Shown: piece by piece, positions 1-8,983 of the stretch | How positions within the stretch are numbered: position 1 is the stretch's first letter | Layout of the letters: every line of letters begins with the position of its first letter | Assembly (NCBI GenBank): GCA_963698595.1 | Contig: CAVORL010000002.1 | Coordinates: 80,555 to 144,554, forward strand | Length of the DNA: 64,000 nt | DNA from: an uncultured Chloroflexia bacterium | GTDB taxonomy: Bacteria > Chloroflexota > Limnocylindria > Limnocylindrales > CSP1-4 | Direction of reading: 5' to 3' | Position numbers and translations under genes: made by a program | The notes under the pieces: model-generated | Databases searched by the model: none | Told to the model about the DNA's origin: nothing | What the model saw: only the letters and a program-made list of their open reading frames with translations

Positions 1-556
1 AGCCGTGGGCGGCGTGCAGCTCGACGGCGTCGAAGCCGGCCTGCTTCACCCGCCAGGCCGCCTCGCTGAAGAGGTCGACGAGCTCCAGGATCTCGGCGAT
101 CGAGGCCTCCCGGATCTCCTTGCCCTTCTCCTCGGCGTTCTCGTAGATGATCTCGTGGCCGGCCGACCAGGGGAGCTTGAGGACGCGATCCGTGGCCCCC
201 AGGGTGTTGTAGCGCGGGATCGCGCACTGGCGTCCCGGGTGCTGGAGCTGCACCGCGCACAACGCGCCGTAGCGGTGCATCCCCTCGGCCAGGCGGGCCA
301 GGCCCGGGATGTAGTTGTCACCGTCGGCGACGAGGCAGGTGACGGTTGGGCGGCCGGTCTTCATGTCGGGCGTCGTGGCGCCCACGATGACGAAGCCGGT
401 CCCGCCCCGCGCCACGTCGGTGTGGTGGTGGATGTCGCGCTCGCTCACCTCGCCGTCGGCATGCGACGAGCTGATGTCCACGGGGACGTGGACGATCCGG
501 TTCGGGAGCTCGAGGTTCCCCATCTGGAGCGGGCTGAAGAGGTGCGGGAAGGCCAT
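1..556 (-). CDS. NADH:flavin oxidoreductase, Old Yellow Enzyme family (N-terminal 185 codons; the C-terminus lies left of the window)
   Basis: Not in the ORF track because no stop falls in the window. Hand translation of the minus strand from ATG 556-554 gives MAFPHLFSPLQMGNLELPNRIVHVPV..GGTGFVIVGATT..LCAVQLQHPGRQ..AGFDAVELHAAHG, a typical OYE FMN-barrel N-terminus. GGAG lies a few nt upstream. Confidence 0.8.
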   Translation of the reverse strand, partial: MAFPHLFSPLQMGNLELPNRIVHVPVDISSSHADGEVSERDIHHHTDVARGGTGFVIVGATTPDMKTGRPTVTCLVADGDNYIPGLARLAEGMHRYGALCAVQLQHPGRQCAIPRYNTLGATDRVLKLPWSAGHEIIYENAEEKGKEIREASIAEILELVDLFSEAAWRVKQAGFDAVELHAAHG

Positions 557-580
557 CGGAGGATCTCCTGGGTGACGCGC

Positions 581-614
581 CAGATCTCGACGTCGGATCA
601 AGGCAGATCTTGAC
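581..614. promoter_or_regulatory. Direct repeat CAGATCT(C/T)GAC x2 in the OYE/AraC divergent spacer
   Basis: 581-591 cagatctcgac and 604-614 cagatcttgac, 23 nt centre to centre. A third GATCTC lies at 562-567. The second copy overlaps a perfect TTGACA. Confidence 0.3.
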
Positions 615-809
615 ACCTGATGCTTGCCCGGAGGGGCCCGCCGGGGCAATGCCAGAGCGGGCCGATGAAGTGGCAGAACCGGCTGCGCGTGCCGTCAGAC
701 GCGGGCGAATCGTTCCATCTGGCCCTGTTGGATACGGCTGTCGGGCCCGCAGCATCGGCCCGTGATCACCCTCCCCCGCCCCGCTGCTGGCGCCTGACCG
801 GGACCCGGC

Positions 810-1721
810 ATGGCCGTCTACGTCTGGAACCAGGAGCTCGACCCGGACTTCCCGCTCGCGGTCATCGAGTACGCGACGCAGGGCGACCGGGACCGGATGC
901 ACTGGCATGACCACCTGGAGATCGCCCTGGTCCTCGAGGGGCGCGGCGCGTTCCTCTTCGGCCGCCGGGCCCTGCCGGCCGTCCCCGGGGACGTCTTCTT
1001 CATCGACAACTCACAGCCCCACGTCGCCATCGCCGACCCGGGAGGTTCGCTCCGGCTGCTCCTCGTCCTGTTCAGGCCTGAGCTCGTGGCCGGGCCGGGC
1101 TGCCGCGAGATGGACCTCGGCTACCTGGCTCCGTTCCGGGTCGACGGGCGGACGGCCTCGGCGCGAATCTGCGGGGGATCCGGGCTGGCGGCCGACCTGG
1201 CACCGATCCTGCGCGACCTGCGGGAGGGCTGGGAGCGCCACGACCCGGCCGAGCGGCATCTCCTGGACGCGACGCTGCGCCAGGCCCTGGGGCTCGCGAT
1301 CCGGGACCGGGGGACGGTGGCCGCCGATGCCGCCGCCCGCGCCGCCGCCGACCGCCGCGAGCAGATCCGGCCGGTCCTGGCCTACGTGGACCGCCACTGC
1401 CGCGAGTCCATCACCCTGGAGGACGTCGCGGAGGTCGTCCACGTCAGCCCGTCGCGGGTGCGCCACGTCTTCAAGGACGTCACCGGGGTCGGCTTCAAGG
1501 AGTACGTGACGAACGTCCGGGTCGCCGAGGCGAAGCGCCTCCTGCTGGGCACGGACCTGTCCGTGGCGGAGGTCGCGCGCGCGGTCAGCTACACGAACCT
1601 CCACCAGTTCTACCGCGTCTTCAATCGCTCCTGCGCGATGTCGCCGGGTGAGTACCGGCGGTACTACACGCCGGCCGGGATGAGCGGGGACGCGGGCGAG
1701 GCCGCGGCGAGCACGGGCTGA
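810..1721 (+). CDS. AraC family transcriptional regulator with N-terminal cupin domain
   Basis: 303-aa ORF. Cupin-like HWHDHLEIALVLEGRG..PGDVFFID in the N-terminus. C-terminal dual HTH: ITLEDVAEVVHVSPSRVRHVFK..LSVAEVARAVSYTNLHQFYRVFNRSCAMSPGEYRR. Confidence 0.9.
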   Translation: MAVYVWNQELDPDFPLAVIEYATQGDRDRMHWHDHLEIALVLEGRGAFLFGRRALPAVPGDVFFIDNSQPHVAIADPGGSLRLLLVLFRPELVAGPGCREMDLGYLAPFRVDGRTASARICGGSGLAADLAPILRDLREGWERHDPAERHLLDATLRQALGLAIRDRGTVAADAAARAAADRREQIRPVLAYVDRHCRESITLEDVAEVVHVSPSRVRHVFKDVTGVGFKEYVTNVRVAEAKRLLLGTDLSVAEVARAVSYTNLHQFYRVFNRSCAMSPGEYRRYYTPAGMSGDAGEAAASTG

Positions 1722-1855
1722 CCGAAGCGGGGGGAACCGGCGCGAGGGCCGCGGTCTGGCGGACTGCTCCCATCCCCGGGTCGCGCCGGATTCCACGCAT
1801 GCTCAGACGCGTGGTCACGCCGGCGTCATCGTTGCCCTCCATGCTGAGAGGCGCG

Positions 1856-2608
1856 ATGATCACCTTCGTGCCCGCGCGACCGACCGCCCCTATCCTCGTC
1901 GTCGACGACGATCCGAAGATCGTCGCCCTCGTCCGCACGTACCTCGAGCGCGAACGCTTCCCGGTCGTCACGGCAGGAGACGGCCGCGCCGCGCTCCGGG
2001 CGCTCGAGGAGCACGCGCCGCGCCTCATCGTCCTGGACCTCATGCTCCCGGAGATCGACGGGATGACCGTCATCCGGCGGGCGCGCGCGGACGGTGACGT
2101 CCCGATCCTCGTCTTGTCGGCCCGCGGGGCGGTCGGCGACCGTGTCCTGGGGCTCAGCGAGGGCGCCGACGACTACCTGCCAAAGCCGTTCTCACCGGCC
2201 GAGCTCGTGGCCCGGGTCCGTACCATCCTCCGACGCACGGGGCGGTCGGGCGACGACGAGGAGCCGGCGGTCATGGCCCTGGGCGACCTCGAGGTCGACG
2301 TGGCCCGTCACCAGGTCACCGTTGGCCGGCGCGACGTGGCGCTGAGCGCACTCGAGCTCAGGCTCCTCGCCGTCCTCCTGGAGGCGGATGGGCGCATCCT
2401 CAGCCGCGACCGGCTCCTCGACGCCCTCTACGGCCACGCGGAAGGCGACGTGACCGACCGGGCCATCGACGTCTACGTGAAGCGCCTGCGCGAGAAGCTG
2501 GGCGATGACGCAGACGTGCCGCGCTACGTGGCCACCGTGCGCGGCGCAGGGTACCGGGCGGCCGGCCCGGTGGAACGCCGCGGCGAGGCGCGCGGGAAGC
2601 GCCGATGA
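1856..2608 (+). CDS. OmpR/PhoB-family response regulator (pair 1)
   Basis: ILVVDDDPKIV..VLDLMLPEIDG receiver domain and a winged-helix C-terminus (YVATVRGAGYR). The track ORF opens at 1799. I prefer ATG 1856 (codon 20), which has GAGAGG 4 nt upstream. Confidence 0.85.
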   Translation: MITFVPARPTAPILVVDDDPKIVALVRTYLERERFPVVTAGDGRAALRALEEHAPRLIVLDLMLPEIDGMTVIRRARADGDVPILVLSARGAVGDRVLGLSEGADDYLPKPFSPAELVARVRTILRRTGRSGDDEEPAVMALGDLEVDVARHQVTVGRRDVALSALELRLLAVLLEADGRILSRDRLLDALYGHAEGDVTDRAIDVYVKRLREKLGDDADVPRYVATVRGAGYRAAGPVERRGEARGKRR

Positions 2609-3663
2609 GGGTCAGCGGCATCTCAAGCCGGATCCTGGCGGCCTCGCTCGTCGTCGTCGGCGTCGCGCTGGGGATCGTCGCGGCGGGCGTGCTCCGGGTG
2701 GGTGGCGACATCTTCGAGTCGCTCATGATGGCCGCCGGGGATTCTGCCGATCACGCGCGGGGGATGTTCGACGAGAGCGTCACGGTCGTGTTCCTCGTCG
2801 CGGCCGCTGTCGCAGGCGTCGTGGCCCTCCTGCTCGCCGTCGTCTTCGCACGGCGCCTTGCCCGCCCCATCGAGCGCCTCGCTCGCGCTGCAGACCAGAT
2901 CGCCGAGGGCAACCTCGCGGCCCGCGTTCCGGAAGCCGGCCCGTATGAGCTGCGCTCGCTGGCGGCCGCCTACAACATGATGGCCGAGAGGCTCGCCGAG
3001 CAGGACGCGATCCGCCGCGAGTTCGTCGCAAACGCTTCCCATGAGCTGCGCACCCCGCTCACGAACCTGCAGGGCTACCTGGAGGCCCTGAGGGACGGGG
3101 TGCTGCCGCCGGATCCCGCCACCTTCGACTCGCTGCGCGAGGAGGTCGACCGCCTCACGCGGCTCGCGGCATCGCTCGACATCCTGGCCGGTGGGGAGGG
3201 CGAACGTCCGCTTCCGGGGCCCGTCGATCTTGCCGGGATCGTCCGGACCTCGGCTGACCTCGTGGGCCCGGCCCTGGCGCGGCGCTCGATCGAGCTGGAG
3301 GTCTCGGTCGACGCGTCTCTCGCCGTGCGAGGCCGCCCCGACGAGCTCACGCAGGTCCTGGGGAACCTCCTGCAGAACGCCGTGCGCTACACGCCGGAGG
3401 GGGGGCGCGTGCGGGTGGAGGCGAGCCGGAGCCCGGAGGGGATCGTCGTCCAGGTCTCGAACTCCGGGCCGGGAATCCCGTCGGACGATCTCCCCCACGT
3501 CTGGGAGCGCTTCTACCGCGTGGAGAAGTCGCGGGACCGTGCCCGCGGCGGCGCCGGCGTCGGCCTGGCGATCGTGAAGCAGCTCGTCGAGGGCGCCGGG
3601 GGACGCGTGGGCGCCATGTCCGACGCCGGCTGGACCACGTTCTGGGTTCGGCTCCCGGCCTGA
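2605..3663 (+). CDS. Sensor histidine kinase (HAMP-HisKA-HATPase), pair 1
   Basis: Two N-terminal TM segments, an H-box FVANASHELRTPLT, an N-box LLQNAVRYTP and a G-box GGAGVGLAIVKQLVE. The ATG overlaps the regulator stop (ATGA). Confidence 0.9.
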   Translation: MRVSGISSRILAASLVVVGVALGIVAAGVLRVGGDIFESLMMAAGDSADHARGMFDESVTVVFLVAAAVAGVVALLLAVVFARRLARPIERLARAADQIAEGNLAARVPEAGPYELRSLAAAYNMMAERLAEQDAIRREFVANASHELRTPLTNLQGYLEALRDGVLPPDPATFDSLREEVDRLTRLAASLDILAGGEGERPLPGPVDLAGIVRTSADLVGPALARRSIELEVSVDASLAVRGRPDELTQVLGNLLQNAVRYTPEGGRVRVEASRSPEGIVVQVSNSGPGIPSDDLPHVWERFYRVEKSRDRARGGAGVGLAIVKQLVEGAGGRVGAMSDAGWTTFWVRLPA

Positions 3664-3759
3664 ATCCAGCGCGGCCGGACGCCGCCTGCGGGCGGGCGCG
3701 ACGCACGTCACCGCCGGCGGCTCCCATGTGAGCCCGCGCCCGTAATCCCTCCGCAAGGA

Positions 3760-3784
3760 TCATGGCGCGAAACTCGCGCCATGA
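3760..3784. promoter_or_regulatory. Perfect 10-bp inverted repeat between the two two-component operons
   Basis: TCATGGCGCG-aaact-CGCGCCATGA. It lies 97 nt after the kinase-1 stop, 93 nt before the regulator-2 start, and about 28 nt upstream of a GATAAT box. Confidence 0.3.
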
Positions 3785-3811
3785 CCACCGACGATCGGCT
3801 CGGATGGCGCC

Positions 3812-3817
3812 GATAAT
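3812..3817 (+). promoter_or_regulatory. -10-like hexamer GATAAT upstream of two-component pair 2
   Basis: A local AT-rich patch (gcgccGATAATggcc) 60 nt upstream of ATG 3877. Confidence 0.25.
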
Positions 3818-3876
3818 GGCCGGCATGCGGCGCTCCCCTGGGACGGCGAGCCGTCCACCTGCCCGGCCCTGACCGG

Positions 3877-4545
3877 ATGCGCATTCTCGTGGCTGAGGAC
3901 GACGCCGGCCTGCGAGAGCTCCTCGTCATGGGGCTCGAGCAGGCCGGCTACCGCGTCGACGCGGTGGAGCGTGGCGACGACGCCATCGACCAGCTGCGCT
4001 GGTACGAGTACGACGTCGCGGTCCTCGACTGGAGGATGCCCGGCGCGGAGGGGATCGACGTTGTGCGCTGGGCGCGCCGCCACAAGCGACCCACGGCGAT
4101 CCTCATGCTGACCGCGCGCGACGCGCCGGGCGACCGGATCCAGGGCCTCGACACGGGCGCCGACGACTACCTCGTCAAGCCCTTCGACTTCGGGGAGCTC
4201 CTCGCCCGGGTGCGAGCGCTCCAGCGGCGCCCACGGGGCGTGGATGGTGAGACGATCGACAGAGGTCGCCTCGTGCTCGACCCCCTGCGTCGCGAAGTGG
4301 CCCTCGACGGTCGCACCGTCGCGCTGACCGGCACGGAGTACCTGATCCTGGAGCTGCTCATGCGCCGCGCGCCGGCGGTCGTCGACCGGAAGGCCATCGC
4401 TGAGCATGCCTGGCGCGACGAGACCGACCCGCTCGGATCCAACGCCATCGATGTCCAGATGAGCCGCCTCCGGGCGAAGCTGCCCGGCGCCGGCGTCCGG
4501 ATCGTCACCGTGCGTGGCGCCGGCTACCGGCTGGAGGAGACATGA
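3877..4545 (+). CDS. OmpR/PhoB-family response regulator (pair 2)
   Basis: MRILVAEDDAGLRELL..DVAVLDWRMPGAEG receiver domain and a C-terminal winged helix (IVTVRGAGYRLE). Confidence 0.9.
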   Translation: MRILVAEDDAGLRELLVMGLEQAGYRVDAVERGDDAIDQLRWYEYDVAVLDWRMPGAEGIDVVRWARRHKRPTAILMLTARDAPGDRIQGLDTGADDYLVKPFDFGELLARVRALQRRPRGVDGETIDRGRLVLDPLRREVALDGRTVALTGTEYLILELLMRRAPAVVDRKAIAEHAWRDETDPLGSNAIDVQMSRLRAKLPGAGVRIVTVRGAGYRLEET

Positions 4546-5798
4546 CCGGCCCGGGACGGGATGTCCGCGCGGCGTCCGTCCGCGTTGCGCTGGGGGCGAC
4601 GGCGGTCGTCGCCGCGATGTACCTCGCCGTCGCCGTCGGCGTCTTCGTCGTGGTCACGAACGTCCTTACCGCCCAGCTCGACGAGCGCCTGGCCCGCGAC
4701 CTTGCCCGCATCGAGGAGGCGCCCGGCGGGCTCCCGCCGCCCGGTGGGTTCGAGGCGCCCCCTCCCGATCGGCCCTTCGGCCCGACCCTGCTCGTCTGGA
4801 CCATCCTCCCCGACGGGACGGTCCTCGCCAACACGGCGGGCGCGGAGCTCCCCTCGGACGTCGTCGCCGTGACCACGCCCACGACGGTCAGCATCGGCGG
4901 CGAAGACGTGCGGGTGTCCGGGGGGACGGCCGGCGCGAACCACGTGGTCGTCGGCCAGCGCACGGCGGAGGTCAGGAGCACCCAGCAGACAGTTCTCCTC
5001 GCCGAGCTCGTCACTGGCCCGGTCCTCCTGGTCCTCGTCTTCCTCGGGGCGGTGACGATCGGTCGGCGCGTCGCCGCGCCGATCGAGCGAGCCCGCCGGC
5101 GCCAGCTCGAGTTCAGCGCGGACGCCTCCCACGAGCTGCGGACGCCGGTCTCCGTGATCGAGGCCCAGACGAGCCTCTCTCTCGCCGGCGCACGTGACCC
5201 GGAGGGCGACCGCCGTGCCTTCGAGCGGATCGACCGCGAGAGCCGCCGGGTCCGGCGCATCCTCGACGACCTCCTCTGGCTGGCGAGGTTCGACGCGCTC
5301 CGCGGCGCTCCCGGTGCCGAGCCGGTCGACGTCGCGGTCATGGCTTCGGCGACCGCGGACCGCTTCGGTGTCATCGCCGAGGCGCGCGGCATCGCGATCA
5401 GCGTGGAGGCCGGCCGCGGCAACCACATCGTCGCGGTCCCGCCCGACTGGCTCGACCGCCTCCTCGGGGTGCTCGTCGACAACGCCTGCAAGTTCGCCCC
5501 CGATGGGAGCGCGGTCCGCATCACGGCCGGCGACGAGGGTGGGCGCGTGACGGTGGCCGTCGAGGACGCCGGACCGGGCATTCCCGCCGAGGAGCGCGAC
5601 CGGGTCTTCGATCGCTTCCACCGGGCCGGCGCGACGGGCGGCGGCGCGGGCCTCGGGCTGGCGATCGCCGACGGGATCGTGCGCGCGACGCACGGCCGCT
5701 GGACCGTCGGAGGGAGCTCCCTGGGCGGCACCCGGATGGCCGTGAGCTGGCCGCGGGCGCTCGGCGAGTCGAGAGGGGACACGCGCCCGGCGTCGTAA
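4542..5798 (+). CDS. Sensor histidine kinase, pair 2
   Basis: TM-periplasmic-TM N-terminus, an H-box FSADASHELRTPVS, LVDNACKFAP and GGGAGLGLAIADGIV. The start overlaps the regulator stop by 4 nt. Confidence 0.9.
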   Translation: MTGPGRDVRAASVRVALGATAVVAAMYLAVAVGVFVVVTNVLTAQLDERLARDLARIEEAPGGLPPPGGFEAPPPDRPFGPTLLVWTILPDGTVLANTAGAELPSDVVAVTTPTTVSIGGEDVRVSGGTAGANHVVVGQRTAEVRSTQQTVLLAELVTGPVLLVLVFLGAVTIGRRVAAPIERARRRQLEFSADASHELRTPVSVIEAQTSLSLAGARDPEGDRRAFERIDRESRRVRRILDDLLWLARFDALRGAPGAEPVDVAVMASATADRFGVIAEARGIAISVEAGRGNHIVAVPPDWLDRLLGVLVDNACKFAPDGSAVRITAGDEGGRVTVAVEDAGPGIPAEERDRVFDRFHRAGATGGGAGLGLAIADGIVRATHGRWTVGGSSLGGTRMAVSWPRALGESRGDTRPAS

Positions 5799-5833
5799 CC
5801 GGTTCGAAAGGGTCCCCGCCGGAGACTGCCGGC

Positions 5834-6124
5834 ATGGACACCACTCGACCCGAACCCCTCGATCTCGCGACCCGGGACCGGGCGACCCGACGCCTCAACA
5901 AGCTCACAACCGGCGTCGCCCTCGCGGCGACACTGACCGTCGCCGTCTTCGGCGCCGTCGCGGCGGCGACGGACGGCGGATCCACTGCGACGACCACCAC
6001 GAGCGTGTCGACGGGCGTCGACCTCTCGACGAGCGGCGCGATCACCCCGTCTCCAACGCTCGGGAGGGGCGTGGCCCCCCGGGCCGCGTCGGGTCCCGCC
6101 GAAGCCACCAGGGGCGGCTCGTGA
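5834..6124 (+). CDS. Small membrane-anchored Thr/Ser-rich protein, function unknown
   Basis: 96 aa with one hydrophobic helix (LTTGVALAATLTVAVFGAVAAA). GGAG lies upstream. Its stop overlaps the GtrA start, so it is embedded in the TCS2-GtrA-GT39 operon. Confidence 0.5.
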   Translation: MDTTRPEPLDLATRDRATRRLNKLTTGVALAATLTVAVFGAVAAATDGGSTATTTTSVSTGVDLSTSGAITPSPTLGRGVAPRAASGPAEATRGGS

Positions 6125-6624
6125 TGGCCGTCGCGACCGCGCGGCGGGGAACCCTCGCATTCGCCCCGACCGCCTCCACCCTGCGCCAGGTCGCCTCGTT
6201 CGCGGCGATAGGGGTCGTCAGCACGGCCGTGTACGCGGCCCTCTACTACGGACTGCGCACGGCCCTCGACCCTGCAGCGTCCAACGCGATCGCCCTCCTC
6301 GTCACCGCGGTCGGGAATACGGCCGCGAACCGGCGCCTCACGTTCGAGATCCGCGACCGGGCCGGGATCCTCCGCGACCAGCTGGGCGGGCTCGCCGCGC
6401 TCGGGGTCGCGCTCGCCATCACGACGCTTGCGGTGGCGGCGCTCGGCGCGGTCGCCCCCGCTGCCGGAAGGGCCGTGGAGCTGACGGTCCTGGTCGCCGC
6501 CAACGGGTTGGCCACGGCCTGCCGCTTTCTCCTCCTTCGCCACTGGATCGCCGGCCCGCATCGCGAGTCGGCGGCCACCCAACACCGCGGGCCCGCGCCC
6601 GATCACCGCGGAGCCACGGCGTGA
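6121..6624 (+). CDS. GtrA-family membrane protein
   Basis: 167 aa with four predicted helices. GtrA-like FAAIGVVSTAVYAALYYGL..NTAANRRLTF..CRFLLLRHWI. GTGA/ATG overlaps with both neighbours. Confidence 0.8.
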   Translation: MMAVATARRGTLAFAPTASTLRQVASFAAIGVVSTAVYAALYYGLRTALDPAASNAIALLVTAVGNTAANRRLTFEIRDRAGILRDQLGGLAALGVALAITTLAVAALGAVAPAAGRAVELTVLVAANGLATACRFLLLRHWIAGPHRESAATQHRGPAPDHRGATA

Positions 6625-8648
6625 GCAGCCTCGCGCGGCCCTCGCCCACCCAGGCACCCGGGATCCGGTCGGGCGCCGCCCGCCTGCTGGAGCGCACGCG
6701 CGCGCGGGATGGCGCCGATGCCTGGGCGCTGCCCGCGCTGGCGAGCGTGGCCGGGCTCGCCGCGGTCGTCTACCTCATCAACCTCACCGTCAGCGGCTAT
6801 GCCAACACGTACTACGCGATGGCGGCTCAGGCAGCGTCGCAGAGCTGGTCCGCCTGGTTCTTCGGCTCCCTGGACGCAGCAGGCTTCATCACCCTCGACA
6901 AGCCGCCCCTCGCCACGATGCTGATGGGCCTCTCCGTCCGCCTGTTCGGCCTCTCCTCGGGGAGCATCCTCCTCCCGCAGGCGCTCATGGGCGTCGGGTC
7001 GGCCGCCGTCCTCTTCCTGGCCGTGCGCCGCTCGTTCGGGACGGTCGCGGCGACGATCGCGGGCGTCGTGATGGCGCTGACACCGGCCGCGGTCCTCATC
7101 TTCCGCTACGACAACCCCGACGCCCTGCTGACGCTCCTCCTTGTCTCGGCGGCGTGGGCGCTCCTCCGCGCCCTCGACGCCGGGCGCCTGCGCTGGCTCG
7201 CGCTGGCCGGCACGCTCGTTGGCCTCGGCTTCATGACCAAGTTCCTGCAGGCGTGGATGGTTCTCCCGGTCTTCGCCCTCGTCTGGGTCGTGGCGGCGCC
7301 CGGCGGCTGGCGCCGCCGTCTCGCGGGGCTCGGCGTGTCGGCCCTCGCCGTCGCCGTCGCAAGCCTCGCCTGGCCCGTCGCGGTCGAGCTCATCCCGGCA
7401 GCCACCCGTCCCTACATCGGCGGAAGCACCGGCAACTCGGTCTTCAACCTGATCCTGGGCTACGACGGCCTCGGCCGGATCTTCGGCCGGGGAGGCGGAG
7501 GCGGAGGGGGCAGCGTGTTCGGCGGGGAGTCCGGGATCCTGCGGCTCTTCAACGAGCAGTTCGGCGGCCAGGTGGCCTGGCTCATCCCCTACGCCCTGGC
7601 CGCCGGGGTGAGCGGGCTCTGGCTGCGACGCCGCGCGGGTCGCACCGACCGCGCGCTGGCCGGCTATCTCCTGTGGGGTGGCTGGCTGGTGGTCCATGCC
7701 CTCGTCTTCAGCTTCATGTCCGGCGTGATCCACCCGTACTACAGCGTCGTCCTCGCCCCCGCGATCGGGGCGCTCGTTGGCGCCGGCACGGTCGAGTTGT
7801 GGCGGTGGCGGTCGCGCTCTCCGGTCGGCGGCTTCATCCTCGCGGCGACGCTCGTCGCGAGCGGGGCGCTCGCCTGGGCGCTCCTCGAGCGGACTCCCGA
7901 CTTCGTGCCCGGGCTCGGCGTCGCCGTCCTGGCGATCAGCGCCGCGGCGGCGCTCGTCGTCGCGATCCCGTCCAGGACGATCTCAGCGGGCCGCCGGTCA
8001 CTGGCCGGTGCGGCCGTCGTGGTGGCGCTCGCCGCGCTCCTCGCCGGCCCCGCTGCCTACGCGGTCGACACGATGGCCACGGCATACGCCGGTGGCGACC
8101 CGGCAGCCGGTCCGGCCGTCTCCACCGGGCGCGACGGAGCCGGTTTGCCCCGCCAGGCTCCCGGCGACGGCGCGCTCGCCGGCGTCCCCGGCGGCCTGGG
8201 CGGCGGAGCGGCCGGCAGCACACCGCCGACCAGCCGCGCGCAGCCGGTCGGCGGAGCGACGGGCGGCGCTGACGTCGACGGGGCACTGGCCGCCTACCTC
8301 GTGGAAGACGCGGGCTCGGCACGCTGGATCGTGGCGGTCTCGGGCTCCAGCACGGCGGCCGAGATCCAGCTCGCCACGGGCCTCCCCGTCATGACGATGG
8401 GGGGCTTCAACGGCTCGGACACGGCGCCGACGCTGGAGCAGCTCCAGGCGTACGTCGCCTCCGGCGAGCTCCGCTACGTGCTCCTGGGCAGCGAGGGCGA
8501 CGCGGGCGGTGGCCCCGGAGGCGCTGCCGGCCCGGGCGAGGCCTCGACGACCGGCGTCGGCGCCTGGGTAGCCTCGGCCTGCACCGTCGTCGACACGGGG
8601 TCGTCGGCCGGCACCCTCTACGACTGCGCGGGTGCGACGGGCGGCTAG
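6621..8648 (+). CDS. Glycosyltransferase family 39 (ArnT/PMT-like, polyprenyl-phosphate-sugar dependent)
   Basis: 675 aa and polytopic. N-terminal YANTYYAMAAQAASQSWSAWFFGSLDAAGFITLDKPPLATMLMG, typical of the GT39 first loop. C-terminal soluble domain. The GTG start overlaps the GtrA stop. Confidence 0.85.
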   Translation: MSSLARPSPTQAPGIRSGAARLLERTRARDGADAWALPALASVAGLAAVVYLINLTVSGYANTYYAMAAQAASQSWSAWFFGSLDAAGFITLDKPPLATMLMGLSVRLFGLSSGSILLPQALMGVGSAAVLFLAVRRSFGTVAATIAGVVMALTPAAVLIFRYDNPDALLTLLLVSAAWALLRALDAGRLRWLALAGTLVGLGFMTKFLQAWMVLPVFALVWVVAAPGGWRRRLAGLGVSALAVAVASLAWPVAVELIPAATRPYIGGSTGNSVFNLILGYDGLGRIFGRGGGGGGGSVFGGESGILRLFNEQFGGQVAWLIPYALAAGVSGLWLRRRAGRTDRALAGYLLWGGWLVVHALVFSFMSGVIHPYYSVVLAPAIGALVGAGTVELWRWRSRSPVGGFILAATLVASGALAWALLERTPDFVPGLGVAVLAISAAAALVVAIPSRTISAGRRSLAGAAVVVALAALLAGPAAYAVDTMATAYAGGDPAAGPAVSTGRDGAGLPRQAPGDGALAGVPGGLGGGAAGSTPPTSRAQPVGGATGGADVDGALAAYLVEDAGSARWIVAVSGSSTAAEIQLATGLPVMTMGGFNGSDTAPTLEQLQAYVASGELRYVLLGSEGDAGGGPGGAAGPGEASTTGVGAWVASACTVVDTGSSAGTLYDCAGATGG

Positions 8649-8705
8649 CCTGAACAGTCCCCGAGATCTCCCGACAGATGGGAGATCCGCCGCCGAGTCA
8701 CGCAG

Positions 8706-8742
8706 CGCCCCGCTCCCGGCACAGTGGTCGGGACGCGGGGCG
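8706..8742 (+). terminator. GC-rich stem-loop downstream of the GT39 operon
   Basis: CGCCCCGCTCCCG (8706-8718) pairs with CGGGACGCGGGGCG (8729-8742): 13 bp with one bulged C and a 10-nt loop, followed by TGTT. A weaker 8-bp hairpin lies at 8665-8687. Confidence 0.45.
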
Positions 8743-8977
8743 TGTTCAGCTCCACCCCTGTCGGTTGTCGCGCGGCCCGTCCGTCGCCTTGATGAGAGCG
8801 GCAACAGACCGCTCCCGCGACGGTCCCCGGAAGGAGCCCACGATGGCGTTGTTCTCGCACCATCACACCCGACGGCACCGTCAGAACGGAGGCCCCACCA
8901 TCCCTGGGCGGCGACACCGTGATCCAGGCGGGCGGCCTCGACGCGGGCGTGCCTGCGTCTGTGGCGGCCCCGCTACG

Positions 8978-8983
8978 TAGAAT
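8978..8983 (+). promoter_or_regulatory. -10-like hexamer TAGAAT upstream of the MFS gene
   Basis: An AT-rich island (ctacgTAGAATtgcg) in otherwise GC-rich DNA, 66 nt upstream of the 9049 start. Confidence 0.25.

Noticed and set aside
5801-5809. GGTTCGAAA, reminiscent of a tRNA T-loop
   Set aside because: It sits in a 35-nt intergenic gap with no room for acceptor, D or anticodon arms. No cloverleaf can be drawn.
8843-8980. 45-codon ORF MALFSHHHTRRHRQNGG.. as a protein-coding gene
   Set aside because: It has a good RBS, but the codon third positions are not GC-biased like real genes here, and the sequence is Arg/Gly/Pro-rich. I kept it only as a low-interest observation.
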